A stretch of DNA of 64,000 nt from an uncultured Eubacteriales bacterium (GCA_964545475.1 CAZJGG010000001.1:6173-70172), one strand, 5' to 3'. Positions 1-8,805 are shown, counted from the stretch's first letter. The notes: a model not told the origin generated them from the sequence alone. A program made the numbers and translations.

Positions 1-121
1 AGCTATTGTTAGCAGAACAGGTATCTTAGAGAGTGAACTTACTATAGATGCAAAACTATTACGCACAATTGAATCAAAAATTCCTATGGGGTGCGAAACC
101 CCGGAAGGAATTTCATTTTAA
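1..121 (+). CDS. 3' end of an upstream phage ORF (partial), hypothetical
   Basis: Frame starting at nt 2 is open from the window edge to TAA at 119-121 (..KIPMGCETPEGISF*). Confidence 0.4.
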   Translation, partial: AIVSRTGILESELTIDAKLLRTIESKIPMGCETPEGISF

Positions 122-133
122 GGGGGTATAGAT

Positions 134-1201
134 ATGTCAACTGCTAAAGCGGCAGAGCCGCAGCCACAGGTTAATTTACCTGCAGAGGAAATAAGTAAGC
201 TTAACCATAGCGAACGTTTTGCAAACAAGGTAATTGCCGAATTTAACGGCAATATTGCAGGCGGTCTTCAAGTATCAGACTATCAAAGACAGCTGATACA
301 AGGTTATTTTATCGGAATAGACAGGGCTTTAAAAACGACTGAGGAAAATAGAGTTCGCAAGAATTCAAATAACTCTGACCACAAATATGACGAGCTGCTT
401 CCTGCAACGTGGGAAAATGTTAATCTCCCAGAGTTGGCAATAGATGTTGTCCATTATGCACGAATGGGTCTTGACATGATGCAATCTAATCATTTAAGCC
501 CTGTACCATTCAAAAACAAAAAGACTAATAAATATGATCTTACTCTTATGATTGGTTATAACGGTATACAGTATGTTGCTGAAAAATATGCATTAGAGAA
601 ACCTCTTGATGTGACAATAGAGTTAGTTTTTGAGACTGACCATTTTAAACCTATTAAAAAATCTCAAGCTAATAAAGTTGAAAGTTATGAATTTGAAATA
701 ACAAATGCTTTTAACCGTGGGAAAGTCATAGGAGGTTTTGGTTACATTGAGTATACCGACCCAAATAAAAACAAACTTATCATTATGACGTTAGAAGCCA
801 TCTTAAAACGTAAACCAAAATATGCCGCAGCAGAATTTTGGGGTGGCGAAAAAGATAAGTGGGAAAATGGAAAAAAAGCTGGCAAGGAAGAAATTGACGG
901 TTGGTTTGAGGAAATGTGCTTAAAAACCTTGAAGCGTGAAGTTTACGGCGCAAAGCATATTCCACGAGACCCTAAAAAGATTGATGATGATTACCAATAC
1001 ATGAAAATGCGTGAAGCAAGATTGGCTGAAATTGAAGTCCAGACTGAAATTGAACAAAACGCTAACTCAACTGTTATTGATATTGAACCATCTGCACAAT
1101 CACAACAGCCGCCTGTTCAGCCAGAAAAAACCAGCGAAACCCAACAAATGAGCTTTGATACAGCCCAAAGCACACCGGCGGCAAATGGTCCTAATTTCTA
1201 A
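134..1201 (+). CDS. recT: RecT-family single-strand annealing recombinase
   Basis: GGGGG RBS. Core HLSPVPFKNKKTNKYDLTLMIGYNGIQYVAEKY...VFETDHF matches the RecT pattern (lvPf..k...c.l.iGY.G). Followed by a nuclease-type partner. Confidence 0.8.
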   Translation: MSTAKAAEPQPQVNLPAEEISKLNHSERFANKVIAEFNGNIAGGLQVSDYQRQLIQGYFIGIDRALKTTEENRVRKNSNNSDHKYDELLPATWENVNLPELAIDVVHYARMGLDMMQSNHLSPVPFKNKKTNKYDLTLMIGYNGIQYVAEKYALEKPLDVTIELVFETDHFKPIKKSQANKVESYEFEITNAFNRGKVIGGFGYIEYTDPNKNKLIIMTLEAILKRKPKYAAAEFWGGEKDKWENGKKAGKEEIDGWFEEMCLKTLKREVYGAKHIPRDPKKIDDDYQYMKMREARLAEIEVQTEIEQNANSTVIDIEPSAQSQQPPVQPEKTSETQQMSFDTAQSTPAANGPNF

Positions 1202-1902
1202 TGGATATAAAAATTTTAGCTTCCGGCAGCACTGGCAACTGCTATAGAATTTCTGACGGTAAAACATCACTACTGCTAGATGCCGGAATACCTTTTAAAA
1301 AAATTCAGGTGGAATGTAGGTTTAAAATAAGTGATATACAAGGCTGCCTTATTACTCACACCCACCTAGACCATAGCAAAGCAGCAAAAGACCTTGTAAA
1401 AAACAGCATTGACGTTTATACATCTCAAGGCACTATTGCTGCTTGTAATTTAACAGGACATAGAATACATGCTGTTTCAGCCCTTAGTAAATTTAATATT
1501 GGAACATTTGAAATTATACCATTTGACGTTGAGCATGATGCGCCGGAGCCGTTAGGGTTTGTAATGGCTTCGGCACACACAGGAGAAAAACTTCTTTATA
1601 TCACTGATACTTATTACATTAAATATAAGTTTCAAGGGTTAACCCACATTATGGCGGAATGCAATTATGATGCTGAAATACTGTATCAAAACGTACGAAA
1701 TAATACCCTACCCGATTTTGTAGCAAAAAGAATAATAAAAAGCCATATGAATATAAACAATTTTTTAGACATGCTTAAAGTCAATGACTTAAGTAAAATT
1801 CAACAAATTTATTTACTTCATTTGTCGGATAGCAACGGCAACGAAATAGAGTTTAAAGAAAAGGTTCAAAAGCTTGTGGGGACAGAAGTTTATGTTTTTT
1901 AA
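1201..1902 (+). CDS. MBL-fold metallo-hydrolase (putative recombination exonuclease partner)
   Basis: HTHLDHS (HxHxDH) metallo-beta-lactamase motif. TAATG overlap with recT. Confidence 0.75.
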   Translation: MDIKILASGSTGNCYRISDGKTSLLLDAGIPFKKIQVECRFKISDIQGCLITHTHLDHSKAAKDLVKNSIDVYTSQGTIAACNLTGHRIHAVSALSKFNIGTFEIIPFDVEHDAPEPLGFVMASAHTGEKLLYITDTYYIKYKFQGLTHIMAECNYDAEILYQNVRNNTLPDFVAKRIIKSHMNINNFLDMLKVNDLSKIQQIYLLHLSDSNGNEIEFKEKVQKLVGTEVYVF

Positions 1903-1919
1903 AAAGAAGGGGGGCGCTT

Positions 1920-2555
1920 ATGTTTAAGGAAGTAAAGGCAAAAGTACATAAAGAAACGAAAGAAGGCACTTACTTTTTCGTTTTAGTTCCCCATGAGAGC
2001 TTAACGGATAAAGTTAAAAAGTTTACCGATAACGGCATTTTAAAAGGCGAACTAAGAATAGATGACGGTCGGCATATAACAGCAGAGCAAAGAAAAAGAG
2101 CATATGCTACACTTGCAGATATAGCCACTCATTTAGGCTATCCACCGGAAGAACTAAAGGAAATAATGAAATATCGTTTTGTAGCTGCAACAGGCAATGA
2201 TTATTTTTCTTTTAGAAATTGCAGTATAACAACTGCAAGGCATTTTGTAAACTTTATAATTGATTTCGCCCTTGAGTGGGGTATTCCTCTTTCTGAATCG
2301 CTGATTGACAGGACAGATGACATCAATGCCGCAATATATTCTTCACTTAAGCATAAGCGTTGCATTGTTTGCGGCAAAGAAGGCGAAGTACATCATTGGA
2401 TAGCAATTGGAATGGGGCAGGACAGGGAAAAATTTGACGATAGCAGACTTCCTAAGCTGTGCATATGCCGCCTGCATCATAATGAATCACACCAAATTGG
2501 CAACGTAGAATTTGAAAAGAAATATCATGTTTATGGAATAGTTTACAAAGAATAA
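1920..2555 (+). CDS. HNH nuclease (phage HNHc_6-like)
   Basis: C-terminal CIVCGKEGEVHHW...LCRLHHNESH zinc/HNH motif. N-terminal region resembles the phage putative HNHc nuclease family. Confidence 0.7.
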   Translation: MFKEVKAKVHKETKEGTYFFVLVPHESLTDKVKKFTDNGILKGELRIDDGRHITAEQRKRAYATLADIATHLGYPPEELKEIMKYRFVAATGNDYFSFRNCSITTARHFVNFIIDFALEWGIPLSESLIDRTDDINAAIYSSLKHKRCIVCGKEGEVHHWIAIGMGQDREKFDDSRLPKLCICRLHHNESHQIGNVEFEKKYHVYGIVYKE

Positions 2556-2561
2556 CCACAT

Positions 2562-3494
2562 ATGAACGGTGGTGACGAATTGAATTTTGAAACAGAAGTT
2601 ATTTGTTTTTATGATTGGCTCGAAACAAACTCCGTGGGATCATCTTCCATCAACTTATGGTTTGCGCTATTGCATACATGGTTTAAAGCAGGATGCCCAG
2701 TAGAGTTTGCGGTGGCTATATCTGTTTTAGAAACAAAAACTGGATTAAAGAAAGATGCTATATATGATGCAAGAAATAAATTGCAACAAGTGGGAAGGGT
2801 GTTGTGGCGTGAAAGAAAGGGTAATCAATCGGCAATGTACAAAATTGTGTCTTTTATTACGACACAGACAGTTTGTATCGGAAATACCGACACAAACACC
2901 CACACGAAACCCACGCAAACACCCACGCAATACCCCACGCAAGTACCAACCATTATTAGTAGTAGTAATAGTAATATATATAATAATACTCCTACTAATA
3001 ATGTATCGGAAATACCGACACAAACACCCACGCAGACAGTTTGTATCGGAAATACCGACACAAATACCCACGGAAAGCCTTTAGAAGATGATGGTACTTG
3101 CAATCCATTTATCCACTATCAAAGGCTTTTCGGAGTATTGCGCCCATTAGCCGTAGAAGAAATTAAAGACTATTCGGCGCAAGGGCTGGAAGATAAACTT
3201 ATTTGTTTAGCAATGGACAGAAGCCACGAAAACGGCGCTGGACACTGGAATTATGCAAAAAAAATACTAGACAGATGTGTTTTTGAAAAGGTTCTAAATG
3301 TTGACGTTTTTCTAGCGAAAGAAGAAGAATTTCGGGCTAAAAAAACTATAAAAATAAACAAAGATAGTCAGCAGTCTGTAAAAAGCAAATTTGCCAATTT
3401 CTCTCAGAGAGATTGGAATTATGAAGACATTGAGCGCAAGAGTCAAGAGGCATTAATACAGGAGTTTAATAACAATATCGGTAATCAACAGTAG
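2562..3494 (+). CDS. Replisome organizer / replication initiator with C-terminal DnaD (DnaB_2) domain
   Basis: N-terminal wHTH-like region, T/Q/P-rich linker encoded by the iterons, C-terminal FIHYQRLFG...EEIKDY...GHWNYAKKILDRC DnaD-like domain. The start may instead be TTG 2580. Confidence 0.7.
   Translation: MNGGDELNFETEVICFYDWLETNSVGSSSINLWFALLHTWFKAGCPVEFAVAISVLETKTGLKKDAIYDARNKLQQVGRVLWRERKGNQSAMYKIVSFITTQTVCIGNTDTNTHTKPTQTPTQYPTQVPTIISSSNSNIYNNTPTNNVSEIPTQTPTQTVCIGNTDTNTHGKPLEDDGTCNPFIHYQRLFGVLRPLAVEEIKDYSAQGLEDKLICLAMDRSHENGAGHWNYAKKILDRCVFEKVLNVDVFLAKEEEFRAKKTIKINKDSQQSVKSKFANFSQRDWNYEDIERKSQEALIQEFNNNIGNQQ
2865..3071. repeat. Iteron-like direct repeats flanking an AT-rich block: putative phage origin of replication inside the initiator gene
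   Basis: 29-bp unit tgtatcggaaataccgacacaaaYaccca at 2873-2901, 3002-3030 and 3043-3071. Copies 1 and 3 extend to 38 bp with cagacagttt. ACCCACGCAA sub-repeats at 2909-2942. AT-rich tract at 2951-3001. Confidence 0.6.
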
Positions 3495-3498
3495 GAAG

Positions 3499-4302
3499 GT
3501 GAGTAACGTTAAAGGTGACATTAACCATAGCAATGAGTTTATAGGGCTAATCAACAAGCTTTCGCAAAAATACAGCTCATGGAAAGTATTTGAGGATTTC
3601 CTTGCAATGTCTGCAATTTCTATAAGTAATGCTATTGATTGGGTTCACCGAGAGCAAAGAGAGGCGGAATATCTCTCTATAGTCGAAAGGTACACAAAAG
3701 AAGAAATTGATATGTTTCCGAAAATGCTTGCCCACATCATAGAGGAACTTGAAAAACACGCAGAATATCCTGTAGATGTTTTAGGAAAAATATTCCATGA
3801 GCTTGAGCTTCACAACAAATACAAAGGGCAGTTTTTCACCCCACAGCATATATGTGATTTTATGGGTATGGCAGCTTTAGACGAACATGATCCTGACATT
3901 GAAAAAAAGGGTTACATAAGCCTTTGCGAGCCTTGCGCAGGCAGCGGTGCCATGATTCTTGGATTTGCAAAGGCAATGAAGAATAACGGGTACAGTTTTA
4001 ATACGCAAATGGTTGTAAAAGCAACGGATATTGACATCAAATGCGTTCACATGTGCTACTTACAGCTTAGCCTATATGGCATACCTGCGGTGGTGGTACA
4101 TGGAAACACACTATCTATGCAGGAGTGGTCCAGATGGTACACACCGGTTTATATGATTGACGGATGGGCATGGCGGAGAATAAGTGAGGATAATCAAGAT
4201 AAACAGCAGATGAATAACGAACAAACCAGCGAAAAACACAAGTTTTATTTCACATTTAACCTAGATAATTTAACAAAAGAATCACAGCTAAGCCTATTTT
4301 AA
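3499..4302 (+). CDS. HsdM/N6-MTase-like SAM-binding protein lacking the catalytic (N/D)PP(F/Y) motif; C-terminal QLSLF
   Basis: Motif X QFFTPQHI, motif I EPCAGSG, motif II-like ATDIDI and HGNTL are present. No NPPF/NPPY follows. The protein ends KESQLSLF*. Confidence 0.6.
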   Translation: MSNVKGDINHSNEFIGLINKLSQKYSSWKVFEDFLAMSAISISNAIDWVHREQREAEYLSIVERYTKEEIDMFPKMLAHIIEELEKHAEYPVDVLGKIFHELELHNKYKGQFFTPQHICDFMGMAALDEHDPDIEKKGYISLCEPCAGSGAMILGFAKAMKNNGYSFNTQMVVKATDIDIKCVHMCYLQLSLYGIPAVVVHGNTLSMQEWSRWYTPVYMIDGWAWRRISEDNQDKQQMNNEQTSEKHKFYFTFNLDNLTKESQLSLF

Positions 4303-4320
4303 ACGATTGGAGGTCTTTAA

Positions 4321-4761
4321 ATGAAACAGGAAGCAATAAAGAAAATTACTGAAAGTTTGCAGGGCATTGAGGAAAAAAGAGTTCCAGCAGAACCGATTGC
4401 AGAGTTTCTAAAAAATAAATGTGAAGATGAAGAGTTTGCCACCCTTGTTATGCAAGAACATAAAAGTCTTAAAAGATGCTTGGATTTCGTTTATGAACAG
4501 GCAAGAAAGCATTTAGACGGTGCAAACGGTTGGATTGATGATAATGACGTTTATATGATGGCCGTTGATTATTTTGCATTAGATGACGAAGAACTAGAGC
4601 GCAAAAAAGCTGAGGAAGAAAAGAAACTTGAAGAGGAACGCAAACAGCGTGATGTAGAAAAAAAGAAGAAACAAGCTGAAGAAAAGGAAAGTAAAACCAA
4701 GGAATCCAAACAACAAGCAGCTGCTAAAAAAGTTGCTGAAAATCAATTATCGCTGTTTTGA
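4321..4761 (+). CDS. PcfK-like protein with Lys/Glu-rich tail; C-terminal QLSLF
   Basis: Size, KSLKRCLDFVYEQARKH..NGW.DDNDVY..AVDYF pattern and adjacency to a PcfJ-like gene. Family assignment is from memory. Ends AENQLSLF*. Confidence 0.5.
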   Translation: MKQEAIKKITESLQGIEEKRVPAEPIAEFLKNKCEDEEFATLVMQEHKSLKRCLDFVYEQARKHLDGANGWIDDNDVYMMAVDYFALDDEELERKKAEEEKKLEEERKQRDVEKKKKQAEEKESKTKESKQQAAAKKVAENQLSLF

Positions 4762-4776
4762 TGGAGGTAATGTCAT

Positions 4777-6744
4777 TTGGATAAGAAAGAGTTAAAGCTG
4801 CTCAAGATAGAGCAGCTCCCAAACACTATTGAGACGTCGCAAATCTCTGATAGTATGAAAATTAGATATGCCTTTGTAGCAAAAAAGCATAGCCTAGGGA
4901 AAGAGCAAATATTAGAAGTAATCTTCTTTTCCCTTTATACCAAGATAGCAGAATTTAGAGTGTTTTTCAATAAAAATTTATTTATTACAGAGAAATTAAA
5001 CCCAGAACGCTGCTGGTCTGAAAGCACAATTGAAAACTTAATTTGTGCGTGGAACACCGGAATTGTATGCGCCAATGAACATTCCAAGGAGCTTATATGC
5101 AAGTATTTTAAAACGGAGGAAAATCCTTACAAAGCAATGCGAGAATTCCAGGCGAAACTAAGAAAAACACAATTAGCGCAGCGTCACAAGAAAGAGACAG
5201 ATAAAATAGATGCACATATGAAATTGATGCCAAGCCTGCCTAAATATTTTGAAAGATGGGTCAATGAAGTTGCGCTTAACAAAAGCCGGTATATCTACTA
5301 CAAAAAAGTCACCTCAAATAAGATGGAGGGTTTTTGCACATCGTGTCTTTCAAACGTTACTTATCATATTTCAAAAAACAATCAATTCAAGGACGTGCGC
5401 CACAACCAACCTGGCAAGTGCCCGTTGTGTGGCAACCGTGTTATATATAAAGCCGTAGGAAAGACGACATTACTAGTTGATTATGTTAATGCGGCTATTA
5501 TACAAAAAACTAAAAAGGGCTTGGTTGTTAGGTATTTTGCCGTAACTAAGGAATATAAGGGTCATTATAAAAACCCCACGCTTCACATCCATGAACAGGT
5601 GCGGGATTTTTATGAAGACGGTCAATGCATTACCTATGAATACAACAATTACAAGCAAACCGGGCGTTTAAGATGGTGTTACAGCGCTAATAGGTTTAAC
5701 CCTTACAATGCGTGTTTGTATACCCGAAATTTAAGGCGTGTCTTAAACGATACAGAGTGGAAATACAGCTGCATATATGAATTAGCAAAAAATATGGATA
5801 ATTTCAATGTGGACATGTACCTTAGGGCTTATAAAAATTACCCAGTATATGAATACCTTATCAGGCTTAGATTATTCAAATTGGTTGCTGAAAACACAAC
5901 GGGTTATAGGTACAACAGCGAGATTAATTTAAATGGCAACGGTATAAATGAAGTTCTGGGCATTGACAAGCTAATGCTTAAACAGCTACAGCGGATTAAT
6001 GGATCAATTGAACACTTGGCGCTTTTAAAGTTAGCCTATAAGGCGACCATATATCTAAAAGACGATGAAATAAACTGGGTGGTTAAAAATGGGGTTAATG
6101 CTGACAATTTTGTAAAATTACTTAAATACACCACGGCTCACAAGGTCATTAAATACGTCGAAAACTGTTGTGTAACAATGAAAAAACAGCTTAAAGCGGA
6201 CGATGGGTTTTTCGCATACGGAAGCCCACAAGCAAACATTGTAAACGACTGGAGAGATTATCTCGAAAATAGCGCATTACTAGGATACGACCTAAAAAAC
6301 AGTATGCTGTTATTTCCAATGGATCTAAAATCACGCCATGATGAGGTGGTAGTGCGGATTAATGCCGAAAGTAACGAGCTCTTTAACAAAGCTATTATTG
6401 AAATGTCAGAGAAACTAAACTCAAGGTTCGGATATAAGGGCAAATCTCTTATTATTTACGCACCAAGGTCCGCTGATGAAATTATAGCTGAGGGACATGC
6501 ATTGCATCATTGTGTGGGAGGCAGATTATATATTGAGGGAATGGCTAAAGGCGAACACATCATTTTGTTTATTCGCAGGGTCACTCAACCGGATGAGCCA
6601 TTTTATACAATTGAGATTAAGGATAACATTGTAAACCAGTGTCGGGGAAAAAATAACCACGGAATGACAGATGAAGTAAAGCAATTCATTTCTGAATGGC
6701 AGAAAAAGAAGCTGAAAGTTAATAAAACTGATAAAAGCGCATAA
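4777..6744 (+). CDS. PcfJ-like protein
   Basis: C-terminal EGHALHHCVGGRLYIEGMAKGEHIILFIR...PFYTIEI...IVNQCRGKNN resembles the PcfJ-like domain. CxxC...CPLCG zinc ribbon mid-protein. TTG start with GGAGG RBS. Confidence 0.6.
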   Translation: MDKKELKLLKIEQLPNTIETSQISDSMKIRYAFVAKKHSLGKEQILEVIFFSLYTKIAEFRVFFNKNLFITEKLNPERCWSESTIENLICAWNTGIVCANEHSKELICKYFKTEENPYKAMREFQAKLRKTQLAQRHKKETDKIDAHMKLMPSLPKYFERWVNEVALNKSRYIYYKKVTSNKMEGFCTSCLSNVTYHISKNNQFKDVRHNQPGKCPLCGNRVIYKAVGKTTLLVDYVNAAIIQKTKKGLVVRYFAVTKEYKGHYKNPTLHIHEQVRDFYEDGQCITYEYNNYKQTGRLRWCYSANRFNPYNACLYTRNLRRVLNDTEWKYSCIYELAKNMDNFNVDMYLRAYKNYPVYEYLIRLRLFKLVAENTTGYRYNSEINLNGNGINEVLGIDKLMLKQLQRINGSIEHLALLKLAYKATIYLKDDEINWVVKNGVNADNFVKLLKYTTAHKVIKYVENCCVTMKKQLKADDGFFAYGSPQANIVNDWRDYLENSALLGYDLKNSMLLFPMDLKSRHDEVVVRINAESNELFNKAIIEMSEKLNSRFGYKGKSLIIYAPRSADEIIAEGHALHHCVGGRLYIEGMAKGEHIILFIRRVTQPDEPFYTIEIKDNIVNQCRGKNNHGMTDEVKQFISEWQKKKLKVNKTDKSA

Positions 6745-6906
6745 GAGAGGGGTAATTAATATTAAGTCAACTAATTTTAATACATTTGATAAATCAACAT
6801 TATGCAGAATGATTATAAATACTGTTCGTGCAGCTAAAGGTTTGCCTCCACTTAAGAGTAAATGTGTCGGGCAATCTTCTGAAAGCAAAAAGGGGGAGGT
6901 TTAACA

Positions 6907-7205
6907 TGGCTAAAGTAAAAAACGGCTATGAAGCTTTGATTACAAGAGAACAATTTAACGAACTTAGGAAAATGGATAGGGTAGAAACAGAGGCTTTTCT
7001 AAGGGTTATTTTTGAAAAAGGTTATACCAAAGGATATAAGGAAGCCGAAATCAAACTTTGCGAAGACTCTAGAGTAAGTAAAAAGGCAAACATTAGGGGT
7101 GAAATTGTTTCTTTTCTTTCCTCAATACCAGGTTTTGGACCAGCAACATTGCGAAAAATAAAAGAAGCCTTGGAAAAGTGGTGCGAACCAGATGTCGTAC
7201 AATAA
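6907..7205 (+). CDS. Small helix-hairpin-helix DNA-binding protein, hypothetical
   Basis: GGGGGAGG RBS 7 nt upstream of ATG 6907. IPGFGPATLRKIKEAL HhH motif. The upstream extension to 6828 has no RBS. Confidence 0.5.
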
Positions 7206-7307
7206 GCTACCCCCATCAAATAGAGGCTTAAATTTAATTTAAAACATAAGTATTGCCTGAAAAGGGTTACTTACACTATTAAAAAGGTATTGTTGATTGA
7301 GGTGTTA

Positions 7308-7350
7308 TGCATGGTTAAGACAGATTTATTAGCTTTGATGTGCATGGTTA
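7308..7350. repeat. Direct repeat tgcatggtta x2 spaced 33 bp apart, in the 220-nt gap upstream of dnaN
   Basis: tgcatggtta at 7308-7317 and 7341-7350, each followed by an agat(a)tttatt-like tail. Function unknown (operator or centromere-like candidate). Confidence 0.35.
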
Positions 7351-7425
7351 TGTTGGTAAAGATATTTATTTATTTTGCAAAAATTATGTTTAAACTAGCA
7401 ATCAATAAAATAGGGGGCAACAAAG

Positions 7426-8532
7426 ATGGATATAAAAATAGAAAAAAACACGTTACTTAATGGGCTTAACATAGTTTTAAAGGCTGTCAGTTACAGTAGT
7501 GTTATGCCAATATTAAAATGCGTATTGCTTAACGTTGAGGAAAGCGGCTTAAGGCTTACAACTAATGACTTGGAATTATGCATAGAAACTAAGGCACTTG
7601 ATGCAGATATTGAACAAACAGGTAAAATAGCCGTGGAAGCAAAGCTTTTCGCTGAGATTATAAAAAAACTGCCAGATGATTATGTGCAAATATTAACAAC
7701 CGATAAGCTTGAGGTAGAAATAAAAAGCGGAAAATCAAAATTTAAAATTATGGGTCAAGACCCTGAGCAATTCCCAGCACTTCCAGAAGTTATAAAAGAC
7801 AATAAGTTTACAATTGATCAGGGAACTTTAAAAGACGTGCTAAGACAAACATGCTTTTCAATTGATGCTGAGGCACAAAAAGCAGCTTTTACCGGTGAAC
7901 TCTTCGATATTTCCAAAAGTGAAATTAACTTGGTTTCTTCCGACGGATTTAGAATATCTCATCGTAGCCTTGAAGTTGATAAGACCGACTTAACATACAG
8001 TACAATCATTCCAGGCAAATCTATAATTGATATTATGAAAATTTTAGAAACAAGCGACAGCAAGGCAAATATATACTTTGAGAAAACATATGCTCTTTTT
8101 GACCTTGAAACATGTAAAGTCATTACAAGAGTAATTGCAGCAGATTTTATTGATTACCAAAATTTTTTTAATGCTGAATATTCAACTCTTGTTAAATTGA
8201 ATACAGAAGATTTTATTAACTGCGTAGATAGAGCCTGTATTGTAGCCGAAACTAATAAAAAAACACCTGTAAAGCTGGATATAAAAGATAAAAGCATAGC
8301 TATAACATCTCAAACACAGGTTGGTAATGTTTACGAAGAAATAAATGCCGATATTGACGGCAACTGTTTAACAATCAGATTTAATCCAAGGTACTTAATG
8401 GAAGCATTAAGGGCTATCGAAGATGAAGAGGTAACGATACAGTTTAGCTCATCACTTACACCATGTATTATACGTCCTGTTGATAGCGGTAATTTTGAAT
8501 ATTTGATTCTGCCGTTAAGATTGGAAAATTAA
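7426..8532 (+). CDS. dnaN: DNA polymerase III beta subunit (sliding clamp), phage-encoded
   Basis: 368 aa, collinear with bacterial DnaN (N-terminal ..NIVLKAVS....PILKCVLL...LRLTTNDLEL.., FPALPEV, SSDGFRIS). Confidence 0.85.
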   Translation: MDIKIEKNTLLNGLNIVLKAVSYSSVMPILKCVLLNVEESGLRLTTNDLELCIETKALDADIEQTGKIAVEAKLFAEIIKKLPDDYVQILTTDKLEVEIKSGKSKFKIMGQDPEQFPALPEVIKDNKFTIDQGTLKDVLRQTCFSIDAEAQKAAFTGELFDISKSEINLVSSDGFRISHRSLEVDKTDLTYSTIIPGKSIIDIMKILETSDSKANIYFEKTYALFDLETCKVITRVIAADFIDYQNFFNAEYSTLVKLNTEDFINCVDRACIVAETNKKTPVKLDIKDKSIAITSQTQVGNVYEEINADIDGNCLTIRFNPRYLMEALRAIEDEEVTIQFSSSLTPCIIRPVDSGNFEYLILPLRLEN

Positions 8533-8550
8533 TAAACAAACCATTAAAGG

Positions 8551-8805
8551 TTGATGTTTATGGACAAATTGGACTATGCAATATTAGATGTATTGTTAAA
8601 TACTTTTGGAGCTGTTACAAGGATGAAATCTGTAACTTTAAAAGTTATTTTAACTGAAATACAAATTAATGATAGAACTCTCTATCGTAGATTAAAAAAT
8701 CTTTTGATTAGAAACTATATTTTAAAAGGCATTCAAGATATTAGAGAACACACATATTACATCAGCGAACATGGAATGAAAATATTAGAGGAGGCTTTGA
8801 AATGA
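8551..8805 (+). CDS. Small winged-HTH DNA-binding protein (TubR-like candidate)
   Basis: 84 aa wHTH-like (LKVILTEIQINDRTLYRRLKNLLIRNYI). Overlaps the downstream tubulin-like gene (translationally coupled). Confidence 0.5.
   Translation: MMFMDKLDYAILDVLLNTFGAVTRMKSVTLKVILTEIQINDRTLYRRLKNLLIRNYILKGIQDIREHTYYISEHGMKILEEALK

Noticed and set aside
2865-3071. Possible CRISPR array (repeated 29-38-bp units)
   Set aside because: There are only three copies with irregular spacing (129 and 41 bp). They lie inside a clearly coding gene, and no cas genes or leader are present. An origin-iteron interpretation fits better.
2745-3103. Three stacked ORFs (2745-3071 minus, 2755-3084 plus, 2825-3103 minus) overlapping the replication initiator gene
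   Set aside because: They lie exactly over the iteron and low-complexity repeats, which remove stop codons in all frames. Their translations are repetitive (CVGISDTNC..., TQTPTR...) and have no RBS. They are artefacts of the repeat DNA.
6828-6906. N-terminal extension of the HhH-protein ORF, and antisense ORF 6526-6888
   Set aside because: A strong GGGGGAGG RBS precedes ATG 6907 and the extension has none. The antisense ORF overlaps the PcfJ-like 3' end and has a hydrophobic junk-like translation.
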